In this document: positions 15,335-30,445 of the stretch, piece by piece | Layout: the number at the start of each line of letters is the position of its first letter | Position numbering within the stretch: the first letter of the stretch is position 1 | From: Eledone cirrhosa | Lineage: Eukaryota | Length of the DNA: 64,000 nt | NCBI GenBank assembly: GCA_964016885.1 | Contig: OZ024743.1 | Location: forward strand, 111,848,001-111,912,000 | Direction of reading: 5' to 3' | The notes under the pieces: model-generated | What the model saw: only the letters and a program-made list of their open reading frames with translations | What the model was told of the DNA's origin: nothing | Database searches by the model: none | Position numbers and translations under genes: made by a program

Positions 15335-17404
15335 ATATAATATAAAATCAAAAGATGGTTAAAAGAGTTCCATGTATTTTATTATGCGCATTTCAAAAAC
15401 AAATATCACCAGGGGATGATATTTGCGTTCTCATCAGATAAATTAGGAAGACATGATATGAAGCTTAAAAAACACTTGCGAGCAGTGAAGTGTTAAATCA
15501 ACATATGAAAAATAAAATTACAGGGATATATGAGATTGGGAAAAAAGAAAGGAAGGGGGAAAGAAAAGGTAAGGAAGAGGAGGAAAAATATATAGATAGA
15601 AGAAAAAAAATAATAAGGAAAGGATGATGGAGGAGGAGTATAAGAAGGAAGGATGAGAGAGGAGGAGAAAATGAGTGAGAGAGAGAGTGAGAGATAACCT
15701 CTAATACTGAGAAACACTGTCTCACAGAGAAAAAATGTTTAAAAATCGTTGTTAGATAATACATAATTTAAAAAAATTAAAAATTAAAAGTTAATGAGGT
15801 TTATGATGGTGATGCTTATGATTAAAGAAAAAGGAATTAAGAATACTATTTATTTAAGGTTTATATATTGAAGGGTTTAATAAGATGTGCGAAAAGGAAT
15901 TTATTAAAATGTATTATTAAAAGAAAATATATTAAGACTGAAGATAAGGTTAAATGAATTATGAACTTAGAGGAATTAATTAGGGTCCGAGTTTGTTTCT
16001 ATATATTGTAATAGGAAAAAGTAAATAATAGATTTAACACGAGCATGGAAGGAGAGAAGAAAGAAAAAATTCATGAAACAAAAAATAGATAACGTCAAAA
16101 AAATATGTTTACAAAATTTCTCTAATGGTAATATTAGTATATATTAAAAATAAAAATTGGTATGGCCGAGAATATAAGGAAAATGCAATAGTGAGTTATA
16201 AGATGAATTAAGAATTAATTGAGAAGTAAAAGTTGCAGATTAAAGATTAGAAATTAATAAAAGAAGAAAATTAGGGGACCGCTAACGACATAGTATGAGT
16301 AATATTGTATAATATACTGAAATAAGGTAGAACAATGGGTATATTTCTAAAACTTATAAAGGTGTTTGAGAAAAAAAGATTTAAAACTAATTAGGTAGTA
16401 AGATATTAGCTGTATACTTTATCGGAACTTCTATGGGATTTATGCAAGCCGAGCGAAAATAAATCCGTACGTCTATTTACTATAGAATTAAAATTAGAGA
16501 TAATGATAAATTTCTCCGCTAGGCAGAGATTACATGTTCTTGATAGGGGAGAATTAAGGTAAGGAGTAGCGTTGCAAACCTTTCTCCAAGAAATGTTGTA
16601 GTTAATATTTTTGTCCTTTTTCCTATTACAATATATAAAAACAAACTTGGACCCTAAGTAATTGCTCTAAGTTCATAATTTATTTAACCTTATCTTCATT
16701 CACCTTATCTTCTTAATATATTTTATTTTAATAATACAATTTAATAAATTCCTTTTCGCACATCTTATTAAACCCTTCAATATATAAACCTTAAATAAAT
16801 AGTATTCTTAATTCCTTTTTCTTTAATTATAAGCATCACCATTCATAAACCTCATTAACTTTTAATTTCTTAACTCCTTAATTTTTAAATTTATGTATTA
16901 TCTTACAACGTTTTCTTTATTATTTTTCTCTGTGACAGTGTGTTTCTCAGTATTAACGGTTACCTCTCTCTCTCTCACACTCATTTTCTCCTCCTCTCTC
17001 ATCCTTCCTTCTTATACTCCTGCTCCGTCATCCTTTCCTTATTATTTTTTTTTCTTCTATCTATATATTTTTTCTTCCTGTTCCTAACCTTTTCTTTCCC
17101 CCTTCCTTTCCTTTTTTCCAATCTCATATATCCATCTAATTTTATTTTTCATATGTTGATTTAACACTTCACTGCTCGCAAGTGTTTTTTAAGCTTCATA
17201 TCATGTCTCCCTATTTTATCTGATGAGAACGCATATATCATCCCATGATGATATTTGTTTTTAAAATGCGCATAGGAGAAAACATGGAACTCTTTTAACC
17301 ATCCTTTGATTGTATATTATTTATACTTCAGTCCTATAAACTGTTGAGTGCTACTTATCCGATATAAGCATTGCTGTATTGTGCTACAATAAAACTCACC
17401 TCCT

Positions 17405-17405
<1 letters not shown>
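15335..17405. mobile_element. Fold-back PLE insertion, same family as 26150-28827
   Basis: 15335-~16620 (minus) carries the GIY-YIG C-terminus plus 3' UTR. ~16620-17405 (plus) is the inverted partner with the extra tail. Confidence 0.85.
15378..15442 (-). ncRNA. Hammerhead ribozyme (canonical core)
   Basis: UUUAU-CUGAUGA-long stem II-GAAA-UGCGCA-UA^AUAAA. The sister copy at ~17212-17276 has GAAA mutated. Confidence 0.75.
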
Positions 17406-17465
<60 letters not shown>

Positions 17466-17585
17466 TGTATTTATAGTGTATTTGGTAATACACTGTATGC
17501 TCAATTAAAACCATTTTGAAGACCCTACGCTATTGTTTAAAAGTAGTGACTATGTCACTTCTTTTTTCAACAAAGTAAGGGAGAT

Positions 17586-17631
17586 AAGCTGACAGATCTC
17601 TGTTTCATACTGTTCGTATTCCTCGGAGCCT
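17586..17631 (-). ncRNA. Hammerhead-like motif (CCGAGGA core) in rearranged PLE end 17460-17970
   Basis: AGGCU-CCGAGGA-AUAC GAACA GUAU-GAAA-CAGA GA UCUG-UC^AGCUU. Confidence 0.65.
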
Positions 17632-18060
17632 AGCACTCCCTTTGTTTGTTGAAAATTACGAATGTTGGATTCTTATAGAATTCCAGTAATAATCAGGAAC
17701 TGATTATACAGAGCAGTTGCCGGTCCAGCAAAAATTGAAAATTAGAATTGATGCTCTGAAATAGCGATGTATATATGAATGTATATATAGTGTATTTGGT
17801 AATACACTCCCTTTGCTTGTTGAAAAAAGAAGTAAGTGACATAGTCAGTACTTTAAAACAATAGCGTAAGGTCTTCAAAATTATTTTAATTAAGCATACA
17901 GTGTATTACCAAATACACTATATATACATTCATATATACATCGCTATTTCAGAGAAACCAATTCTAATTATATATATATATGAATGTATATATATATATA
18001 TATAAGAATGTATATGTATATATGTATATATATATATATATATATCTATATATATATATA

Positions 18061-18132
<72 letters not shown>

Positions 18133-18910
18133 CAATTTTAAGGCAAGGTTTAATACCCACAAACATAGTTTTAAAAATGCCGCACTGGCTAATACAACAT
18201 CTCTAGCAGAAAAAATCAATAGTTATAAAAATAAGAATATAGAATATGATATGACCTGGAATGTGCTCAAAAGAGCCACCCCTTATCAAAATAATAGAAA
18301 TGAATGTAGATTATGTTCCCAAGAACTATTTGAAATAATGAAATCTAAGGATATCCTATTAAATAAACGACAGGAATTAATTATATCGTGTAATCATAAA
18401 CTAAGAAAAACATTTAAATATTATAAACCTAATTAATAACATTATTCTATAAATTAATATATATTTTAATTTAAATGTTAGTTAACCTATAAATTTAATT
18501 TAATTAAAATTCTACTACAGATGAGATTATAAAATATTGTGTAATCATAAATTGTGAAAAACTTTTAAATATTACTAATATATACTTCGTAAATTAATTT
18601 ATAGATTAATTTTAATTTATTTAACCTTTTATTAAAATTCCTTTACAGATAAAATATAACAAAATATCGTGTATTCAATGACAGAGAAATAATTTTTAGT
18701 ATTATAGACCTAATTAATGTACATTTTAGAAATATATTTATAATTTGGTTTTAAATTTGGTTAACCTAAAAACTTAATTTAATTGGCTTAAAATTAATAT
18801 CCTAATACAGATGGATTGCAGAGTGTCATGTAATCATAGACTGAGATAGGTTTTGGATGTATACCTAGTTAATATATTCTTTGCAATTTTTGAAAAAATA
18901 TGTATATGTA

Positions 18911-18943
<33 letters not shown>

Positions 18944-18956
18944 GTGTATATATATA

Positions 18957-19072
18957 ACGAAGGAAATGTGGTAAGGAACCAGGTGGACCATAACGCACCA
19001 AAGTACTCAATACGTCCAGAATTAGCCGTCGAAACGGCTTGAGCTCAGCTGTCGGGGTCTTACTGGTTCCTA
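18957..19072. mobile_element. Mini-insertion of the 41 kb PLE family (tail on minus + HHR 3' half on plus)
   Basis: Matches 45126-45182 (inverted) and 45045-45103. Confidence 0.85.
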
Positions 19073-19644
19073 TGTGTATATATATATGTATATGTATGTG
19101 TATGTATTGATTTTAATTTCTGTTTACCTATAATTATATTCTACTATGGATAAAATACAATATCTGTTTTAATTATTATAAACCTAATTAACATATACTA
19201 TAGAAATTAATATATAATTTTTAATTTAGTTAACCTATAATTTATATTCTACTACCGATGTAATACTTTATTTGTGTTTTCCCTATTACTAAATTCATTT
19301 CCTAATATTGATACCATAACGTTAATAATTTTAATTTAGTTATACTATAATTAATACTCTACTACTATTTAACTTCAAAATTCCGCTTCAAATATTATAA
19401 ACCTAAGTAGTATACACCTTAGAAATCAATATATTAACTATCTTTAATTTAGTTAACCTATAATTAATGGTATACTTATATTGAAATGCATAATTTTGCC
19501 TTCTTTCTTACATTTCCTAATACTGAAACTACTATGTAAACGCATATTATGATCTAAATGCAGATTAATATTCTATGTTTCTTGAAACCTATATTTACTA
19601 TAATCCCCTCCCCACCCTACTATTATTATTTGTATTTGTAAACG

Positions 19645-21287
<1,643 letters not shown>

Positions 21288-21871
21288 CTTGATATATTTC
21301 TTTTTTATTTTTATTTTATTTTTATTTCTAAATTTATAGATACATTTATAAATAGGCAGCTTGCTGACACCGCTAAATACTGACCTCCCCCCCCCCCCCC
21401 CACCTACTTTCTGTATCTGGATCTAAATATGTGTGGCAGTGTTTATGTGCGCGCATTAATGTCCATATGCTTATGATAATAGTATATACACATATATATG
21501 TGTGTGGGGGGGTGTGTGTGTATGTATGTTCGTGGTTGTGTGTATGTTTATGCGTATACGCGCGTGTGTGTGTGAATGTACGTATATGTGTGAGTATATG
21601 AATGTGTGTGTATATTTGTTTTTATACGTATTTTATCTGTAGATTATAAACATACAGAGACATTAGCCTTGAATTTTTGTATTTACATACATCTTTTTGG
21701 CATGCGTATGCATGTGAACATATATCTTTATGCATATCTGTGAACGAAGTTAATTACATATATGCACACACCTAACTGTATAAACTTTTTGTAATTTCAT
21801 TGGTCAATTTGAACTCTGTTCCCAAACAGACCTGTAATTTTGAATTGTTGTTATTATCAATAAATATATTT

Positions 21872-22021
21872 CATTATTTCTGAAGACGGCATATATATGT
21901 GTTGGTATGTATATTTAATTTTGATAGTTTGTATAATTTTGTATAATTTTGTACATAGATCTGTTGAATATGCATGCCAATTCTAACACATATATATCCT
22001 AGAAACGATCGTTAAATAATG
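21872..22021 (+). ncRNA. Hammerhead ribozyme with ~115-nt stem II
   Basis: CAUUAUUU-CUGAAGA-[CGGCAUAUAUAUGUGUUGG...CUAACACAUAUAUAUCCUA]-GAAA-CGAUCG-UU^AAAUAAUG; perfect 8-bp stem I. Confidence 0.75.
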
Positions 22022-22217
22022 AACTTTTTTTGTTTAATATAAGGAACTGTTTCATTGTTTTATTCATTATTTTTTTAATATTTTATCTTGACTCTGTATT
22101 CCGTTTATCTTTCACCGAAAGTGATATTTCATTGCATCTCTTCTTTCCATGATATCCGGATTACATTGAGTTCTTCATACGGATTGGACACTTCCGTAAA
22201 CTCTTGGTAGATTTATC

Positions 22218-22255
<38 letters not shown>

Positions 22256-22317
22256 TGTATATATCGGGAGTGTTTTAAGTACGTATGACTATGCACATAT
22301 ATGTTTACTCACATATA

Positions 22318-22352
<35 letters not shown>

Positions 22353-22840
22353 TTATATATGTGGGTATATTCATGTTAGTACACATCGTTATATATAAAT
22401 ATTACATCGTTTTGTTTCTATACTTATCAATATTTTCCAAGATATAATACGGTATTTTTTTAAAAAGCAAACATAATACAAAGATAAAAAGATTTACTAA
22501 ATAAAATAAATAACAAAGATTTAGAAAATAAATAAAGCATGACAACAGCTGAAGGTCCAACATCAAAAATAGAAAGACTTGCTCAAACACAAAATAAAAT
22601 ACAGGAGAACAAAGAAATAGAAAAATTATCGACAAGTACAAGTACAATTGTATTTATCTGATAGGATAGATTTATTTTTAGTACTTTCACAACATAGAAA
22701 TATAGTATTGTATTAGTGCATTATTGTATTAGTGATACTATCTAGTTGAATACAAATATTTTATACAAATATAAACAAACAGAATATACACATTTGCCTG
22801 CTCTCTCTACCTGTTTAACTTTATTTATCTGCCTCTCAAA

Positions 22841-22896
<56 letters not shown>

Positions 22897-22905
22897 ATAT
22901 ATATA

Positions 22906-23831
22906 TATATGAAATATAAGAATCAAAGAACTGTTCAAAACATTATTGTGCTTACAGCTGTTTCCTCCAAACCGAGGTTTGGATTCTTCGGAGCAATTTA
23001 TTAATGCATGGACAGTTATATGACCTCCTTTTCAGCCGAGAGACATACCGATACATATTCAAACATTGATACATATTCAAACATTGTGGGTCAACATTCA
23101 TTACAGAATTTAGAGTGGCAGTACACACTTCGAGATTACATTTATATTAATAGGTACAATCAAAAATCAAAGATAATGCTTGCACTATCTTTAATGCTTA
23201 AAATATTTCTCCACACACAGACTACATCAATCATATAAAGACTTTGCCACCAGATCTACCAACCTAACACTCTTATTTACCTACCTAAGTGCCTCTACCA
23301 CACATATCTCTCTGCCACACTATATAAACAAGACGCACATGCGTGCCACACATATAACATTTGCACTATATAACCACTTATCTTCATGTTGTACTTTAAC
23401 CTATATCTTTGATTTTTGATTGTACCTATTAATATAAATGTAATCTCGAAGTGTGTACTGCCACTCTAAATTCTGTAATGAATGTTGACCCACAATGTTT
23501 GAATATGTATCAATGTTTGAATATGTATCGGTATGTCTCTCGGCTGAAAAGGAGGTCATATAACTGTCCATGCATTAATAAATTGCTCCGAAGAATCCAA
23601 ACCTCGGTTTGGAGGAAACAGCTGTAAGCACAATAATGTTTTGAACAGTTCTTTGATTCTTATATTTCATATAACTGCTCTGTAAATCATCTGATGTTTT
23701 TACATTGAGCTACTTAACTTACTGGTAATAAGGTAGTAATACATTACTGCCTACCACTATTTAGGGTGTGTGTAAAATACTTACAACTGCTTAAGGTTTT
23801 GTGTTTACATAACCATAAATAGTATAACTAA

Positions 23832-23835
<4 letters not shown>
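22906..23835. mobile_element. Fold-back PLE end with HHRs at 22949-22995(-) and 23584-23630(+)
   Basis: ~270-bp essentially perfect inverted arms. Motif UGCU-CCGAAGA-AUCCAAACC UC GGUUUGGAG-GAAA-CAGCUG-UA^AGCA. Confidence 0.8.
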
Positions 23836-23901
<66 letters not shown>

Positions 23902-23952
23902 GTGTGTATGTATGTATGTATATATAGTATAAACAATAAACTTAACATGTAT

Positions 23953-24035
23953 GTACTACGATTGTTTCGGCGTTCAGTTATGGCCACCAGAGTATATTGC
24001 ACGAGACACATTAAACCGGCCTTTCATTCGGGCAC
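23953..24035 (-). ncRNA. Degenerate hammerhead-like motif
   Basis: GUGC-CCGAAUGA-...-GAAA-CAAUCG-UA^GUAC; core imperfect. Confidence 0.4.
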
Positions 24036-24072
24036 CTGGAGAAAAATAAAACATGAGAAGGGTGTGTTTATG

Positions 24073-24150
<78 letters not shown>

Positions 24151-24304
24151 AGAGAGGGAATCTCCGATGTAAAATCTGCTGCTTGATCTGACTGATCGGA
24201 TTATAAATATTGTTGCTCAGTGAGTAGGATTGGTCCATTTCTAGGCCTTTCCTCGTAGGATATTTGAATAACGTGAATGGCTGACTTTTGTTTTAAAATG
24301 TGAC

Positions 24305-24580
24305 CTGGTGAAAATCGTTCCAACCCTTACCTATGGTCATGAATCTTTGGTAATGATCGAAAGAATACGATCGAATGCAAGCGGCGAAATGGGATTCCTC
24401 TCAAGGGTCTTTGAAATAATGATACTCCATAAGATGCGTAGTTCAGGGATCAGTGAGTTATTCCAGGTAAAGCCGTTACTTTTCCAAATTGAGAGCTCAC
24501 AGTTCCGATAATATGGACATATGGTTAGAATGTCTCAGGAAAGAATAGCTGGATAGATTTTAAGGGCAAAACCAGTTGGA
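24305..24580 (+). mobile_element. RTE-like LINE C-terminal fragment
   Basis: VPTLTYGHESLVM..EMGFLSRV..YGHMVRM. Confidence 0.7.
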
Positions 24581-24863
24581 GATTATTGCTTCTGACAGGT
24601 CCCGTTAGAAGGCGTGTTTGAGGACTCTAACCCCACGACCTTTTCAGGAATAAGTCAGCGAAGAAGAAGAAGATATCTAGAATGATAAATATATAGATAG
24701 ATAAAAATGAATATATATATATATATATATACATGCTTGATGTATGTTTAGTTTCCGCAATATCGATCAGCCCAATAGCTTTTAATTCTTTGCACTGACA
24801 GGTAATCATAATAATATGTTATTGCTTGATTTAATACCTTGCAGCCTTTGTCTTTGAAACCAC

Positions 24864-24905
<42 letters not shown>

Positions 24906-24913
24906 CAGATTAA

Positions 24914-24964
24914 AGTTTAAGCAAAGAATCGCTGCTTTCACCCTTAACAGGATCTTCTGAAACT
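24914..24964 (-). ncRNA. Hammerhead-like motif with U4A core
   Basis: AGUUU-CAGAAGA-UCCU GUUAA GGGU-GAAA-GCA..UGC-UU^AAACU. Confidence 0.65.
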
Positions 24965-25749
24965 AAAAAAGTCAATCTGTGAACGCAGAAGTAAATATTT
25001 CAAAAAGCGTTGCAACCGGGGGAAGAGAGGAAGACGATACTTTGGTTCGTGGAAACGTTCCCTGGCAAAGAACGGGAAAAAACGAAGATAATACGTCATT
25101 ATTTGGAACTGTGAAAAACAATTACACGCAAAGATAAAACCACGTTTATGGTATAAAAGAAGTCATAGACTAATATTCTATTATGTGGTTCATGGAGACG
25201 TTCTCTGGCAATGAATGGGAAAAACGAAAATTATACGTCATTAGGTGGAGTGGGGAGAACAAATGCACGCAAAGACAAAACCATGTAAATGGTACAACTG
25301 AAGTCGTAGACTAAAATTGTAACTAGGAAACCGAATGGTTCTCGGCTTCAGAGTTAAGAATAAATTAAATAAAATACAGAGGTAATTGAGTTAAATAAAT
25401 ACATACACGCATCCATATACGTACATACACAAGCACACGCGAAAACACTCGCCATAGGTATACAAATACAAGCACGTACACAAAAAACCCGCACGCACAT
25501 ACAGAACCCACGCAACGCCTGACCCGCACACATACGTCGGTGGCAAATTCAAAAGAATCAATCACATGACATCGAGGTTAATCAGTGAGGAGTGGGGTGT
25601 TAAGATTTGTAATTTGCCACCGACCAAGTAGGCAGTGATTTTTTCAATGTCTTGGAATTTAGTCGTCGCTTGATTTTTTCCATCCACTGAATTATTTTTG
25701 TATAAGTTCCCTGTGTCCACGCATCGCCTGGGAACTTAGCTGAGAATTG

Positions 25750-25833
25750 ACTTACTGATGACGAAAGGCATTCTCCATGTTGTTCCATTCGGAAACCATG
25801 TTTATTCCCTTTCAGAAACTAATTAGTTGGAGT
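25750..25833 (+). ncRNA. Hammerhead ribozyme with long loop II
   Basis: CUGAUGA-CGAAAGG...CCUUUCA-GAAA-CUAAUUAG-UU^GGAGU; stem I imperfect. Confidence 0.65.
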
Positions 25834-25998
25834 GAAATTTTAGTAAGTAAGTTAATTTTTATAATTTTCTTATTTTACGTATTTCATATAAATGTTCTGC
25901 ATCCCACTGCATAGAACCACAAAGGTACTAAGACAAAACCTATATATATGCTAGCATAGGTATACATCTGTATATATGTGTTGGTAGATATAATAATT

Positions 25999-26122
<124 letters not shown>

Positions 26123-26149
26123 ATATAGAGAGAGAGCTGATACTTCCAA

Positions 26150-28827
26150 CAATTTTGATATCACAATAGGTTCGTCGATTTCAGCGCAATTGACAAACTT
26201 GATTGGTATCTTTATTTTGAATTCTTTAAATCGCAAAATTCCTCAACTTCGCGGTGGAATTTATCGTGACGATGCCCTTTTTACTGTCTTCACCTGTAAC
26301 TTAGTTAACCTTAATATTATTAAGAATAATATACTTGATCTATTTAAGTACCATAACCTAAAAATTGAATTTGAAAACAACGTCAAACTAGCTAACTTCC
26401 TGGAGATATCCCTTAACCTTGAGACCGGCCTACATTACCCTTACCATAAAGACAATGAGAATCTAAATTATGTTAATTTTAAATCTAACCACCCTATTAA
26501 CGTTAAAAATGCTATAGTCAGTAATGTTAAATAAAGAATCTCAAATCTATCTTCTAATAAAGTTATCTTTGACGCTATATCCAATTATTACAATAATGCG
26601 CTTTCCAGAGCCGGTTATCCTGACAAAATTAAATACAGTAAAGAAACCAATCATCGAGGGACATATAGTAATATAGTTAGTTATAAGCATTCCAATAACA
26701 TAAAGAAAAGACCTAGATATAAAAATATGATTTGGTACAACGCTCCTTTTTCTCTATCTATTATTAGTAATATTCTTAAACTATTTTATAGGGCCTTAGA
26801 TAAATGCTTCCCTCCCTCGTATATATATAGTAAGATATTTAACAAACATACAATTAAATTCTCTTATTCCACCACTTCCAACATCTCTAACATTATCTCT
26901 AAACATAATAATAAAATATTGAGTAATAAATTATATCCATCCAACACTGAGCGTCATAATAATAGCAATAGTAAACCCGACGTCAATGTTAACTCTAGGC
27001 TAGATTCCGTAAATTTAAATACGACGTCAAACGTAACTTTGTCGAATGTTCATAACACCAATCTAAATCAGGAAACTTTAGCAGCTATCGTAAATAACTT
27101 CTCCAATCCAATTCCTTCTATAAATAATAATAGGTCACTTGTTAATAACTCTGGTAATTTCTCTAATCGTTATTGCAATTGCCCTGTTAGAACTAAATGT
27201 CCTCTTAGTAACCAATGTCTTGATAAAAATTTAGTGTATGAATGTAAGGTTATAACTGGTACTAATTATTTTACCTAATTTGATTCACTTCCACTTCCTT
27301 TAAACAAGATTTTATAATCACAATTCTCCTTTTAAATACCAACTTAAAATAACTAACACGGCACTCTCAGAACTCATATGGTCCTTAAAAGACAAAAATA
27401 TTAACTACAATATTTCTTGGAGGAAGGTTTGCAACGACTCGCCTTACCTGAATTATTCCCTATCCAGAACATGTAATCTCTGCCTAGGGGAGAAATGTAC
27501 CATTATCTATAATTTTAATTCTATAATAAACAGACGTACGGATTTTTTTTCGCTCTGCTTGTATAAATCCCATAGAACTTTGCATAAAGTTCTCTGTCTC
27601 ACATCATATACACATCTGTCTCTCTCTCACATCATATATACACACATGTCTCTCTGTCTCACATCATATACATACCTGTCTCTCTCTCTCACATCATATA
27701 TACACACCTGTCTCTCTGTCTCACATCATATAAATATCTTACTACCTAATTAGTTTAAAATCTTCGGTTATCAAGCGCTTTTATATCTTTTACAAATATA
27801 CCCATCTTTCTACTTTATTTCAGTATATTATACAATGTACTCATACTATGTCGTTAGCGGTCCCCTATTTTTCTTCTTATTTATCTTTTTTTTTTTCTTT
27901 TTTAATTTCTAATCTTTAATCTGCAACATTTACTTCTCAATTACTTCTTAATAAATATTATAACTCACTATAGCATTTTCCTTATATTCTCGGCCATACC
28001 AATTTTTATTTTTAATATATACTAATATTACCATTAGTAAATTTTGTAAACATATATTTTTGTTTACGTTATATATATTTTCTTCCTTGAATTTCTTCTT
28101 TCTTCTCTCTTTCCGTGCTCGGATTAAACCTACTATTTACTTTTGCCTATTACAATACATATAAATAAACTTGGACCCTAACTAATTCCTCTAAGTTCAT
28201 AATTCATTTAACCTTATCTTCAGTCACCTTATCTTCTTAATATATTGTCTTTTAATAATACATTTTAATAAATTCCTTTCCGCATATATTATTAAACCCT
28301 TCATTATATAAACTTTAAATAAATAGTATTCTTAATTCCTTTTTCTTTAATCATAAGCATCACCATTCATAAACCTCATTAACTTTTAATTTCAAATATT
28401 TTTTTAAAATATGTATTATCTTACAACGGTTTTTTTTTATTTCTCTGTTTGAGACAGTGGTTCTCAGTATTAAAGGTTAGCTCTATCTCTCTCAATCATT
28501 TTCTCCTCCCCTCTCATCCTTCCTTCTTATACTCCTCCACCGTCATCCTTTCCTTATTATTATATATATATTCTTTATTCCTCTTCCTTACCTTTTCCTT
28601 CCACCCTTCCTTTCCTTTTTTTCCCAATCTCATATATCCATCTTATTTTATTTTTCATATGTTGATTTAACACTTCACTGCTCGCAAGGGTTTTTTAAGC
28701 TTCATATCATGTCTCCCTATTTTATCTGATGAGAACGCAAATATCATCCCATGATGATATTTGTTTTTGAAATGCGGTGAATAAAATATATGGAACTCTT
28801 TTAAACATCTTTTGATTTTATATTATA
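26150..28827 (+). mobile_element. 5'-truncated decayed Naiad-like PLE with long AT-rich 3' UTR and HHR
   Basis: [37 protein letters not shown] and a frameshifted GIY-YIG C-terminus (CNLCLGEK). HHR at 28718-28788 has a mutated stem III. Confidence 0.87.
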
Positions 28828-28933
28828 TATATATATATACATATATATATATAAAGAATTAGTATATCTACCAACATATGTATACAGATGCATACCTATG
28901 TAAGTCAATTTTCATAACTTTCTTATTTACGTC

Positions 28934-29009
<76 letters not shown>

Positions 29010-29012
<3 letters not shown>

Positions 29013-29123
29013 TTGTAATATAATGAAGCGAAATTTCATTTCTCACTCTTAGTACGGCACTTACTTAAATGTAAGTATGTATGTATACGTACATACATAT
29101 ATGTATACAGACGTACAGTAGCA

Positions 29124-29175
<52 letters not shown>

Positions 29176-29977
29176 CATACAGGTACACATATATATATGT
29201 ACGTATCAGTTTAGCGAACGTTTACTATAACGCCCGCTTTGTTCGTTTGTAAACAAGCGAACAGCCTGATTTATTCCATAAGGTGTTAAGGCAACCACGT
29301 CACCTTTTTGTTCAACACTGACACAGGAACAATGTACTAGTTTCAAGCTTGTTAGCTATCATCAGCACCGTATACCCTTCTGCCAGATAGTTGAACGTTC
29401 GAAAGTATATACTTTCCTTATGAAAATTAACGGCTGAGCAGCCTAATTTGTATATCGAGTGAGTTAAGTCGGCCAGGCGTACCGAAAACGATAAGTTGTA
29501 ATATAATGAAACGAAATTTCATTTCTCACTCTTAGTACGGCACTTACTTAAATGTAAGTATGTATGTATACGTACATACATATATGTATACAGACGTACA
29601 GTAGCATGCATATATATATATATATACAGGTACACATTTCGTTTCATTATATTACAACTTATCGTTTTCGGTACGCCTGGCCGACTTAACTCACTCGATA
29701 TGCAAATTAGGCTGCTCAACCGTTAATTTTCATAAGGAAAGTATATACTTTCGAACGTTCAACTATCTGGCAGAAGGGTATACGGTGCTGATGATAGCTA
29801 ACAAGCTTGAAACTAGTACATCGTTCCAGTGTCAGTGTTGAACAAAAAGGTGACGTGGTTGCATTAACACCGTATAGCATAAATCAGGCTGTTCGCTTGT
29901 TTACAAACGAACAAAGCGGGCGTTATAATAAACGTTCGCTAAACTGATACGTACATATATACATGTGTACCTGTATG

Positions 29978-30067
<90 letters not shown>

Positions 30068-30120
30068 TGCTACTGTACGTCTGTATACAAATATGTATGT
30101 ACGTATACATACATACTTAC
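29010..30120. mobile_element. Non-coding HHR element: ~1.3 tandem units (~482 bp, minus) plus inverted unit (plus)
   Basis: TAAGTTGTAATATAATGAA starts at 29010 and again at ~29492. The inversion is at ~29636. An internal (TA)n is part of the unit. Confidence 0.75.
29782..29824 (+). ncRNA. Minimal hammerhead ribozyme
   Basis: ACGGUG-CUGAUGA-UAGCU AACA AGCUU-GAAA-CUAG-UA^CAUCGU; inverted copy at 29329-29371. Confidence 0.82.
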
Positions 30121-30269
<149 letters not shown>

Positions 30270-30298
30270 TATACATATATATACATATATATATATAC

Positions 30299-30349
<51 letters not shown>

Positions 30350-30445
30350 CATACATATATATATATATATGTATAAGGGTGAAAGCAGCGATTCTTTGCT
30401 TAAACTTTTATCTGTTATTTTAATAAATATATATATATATACATA

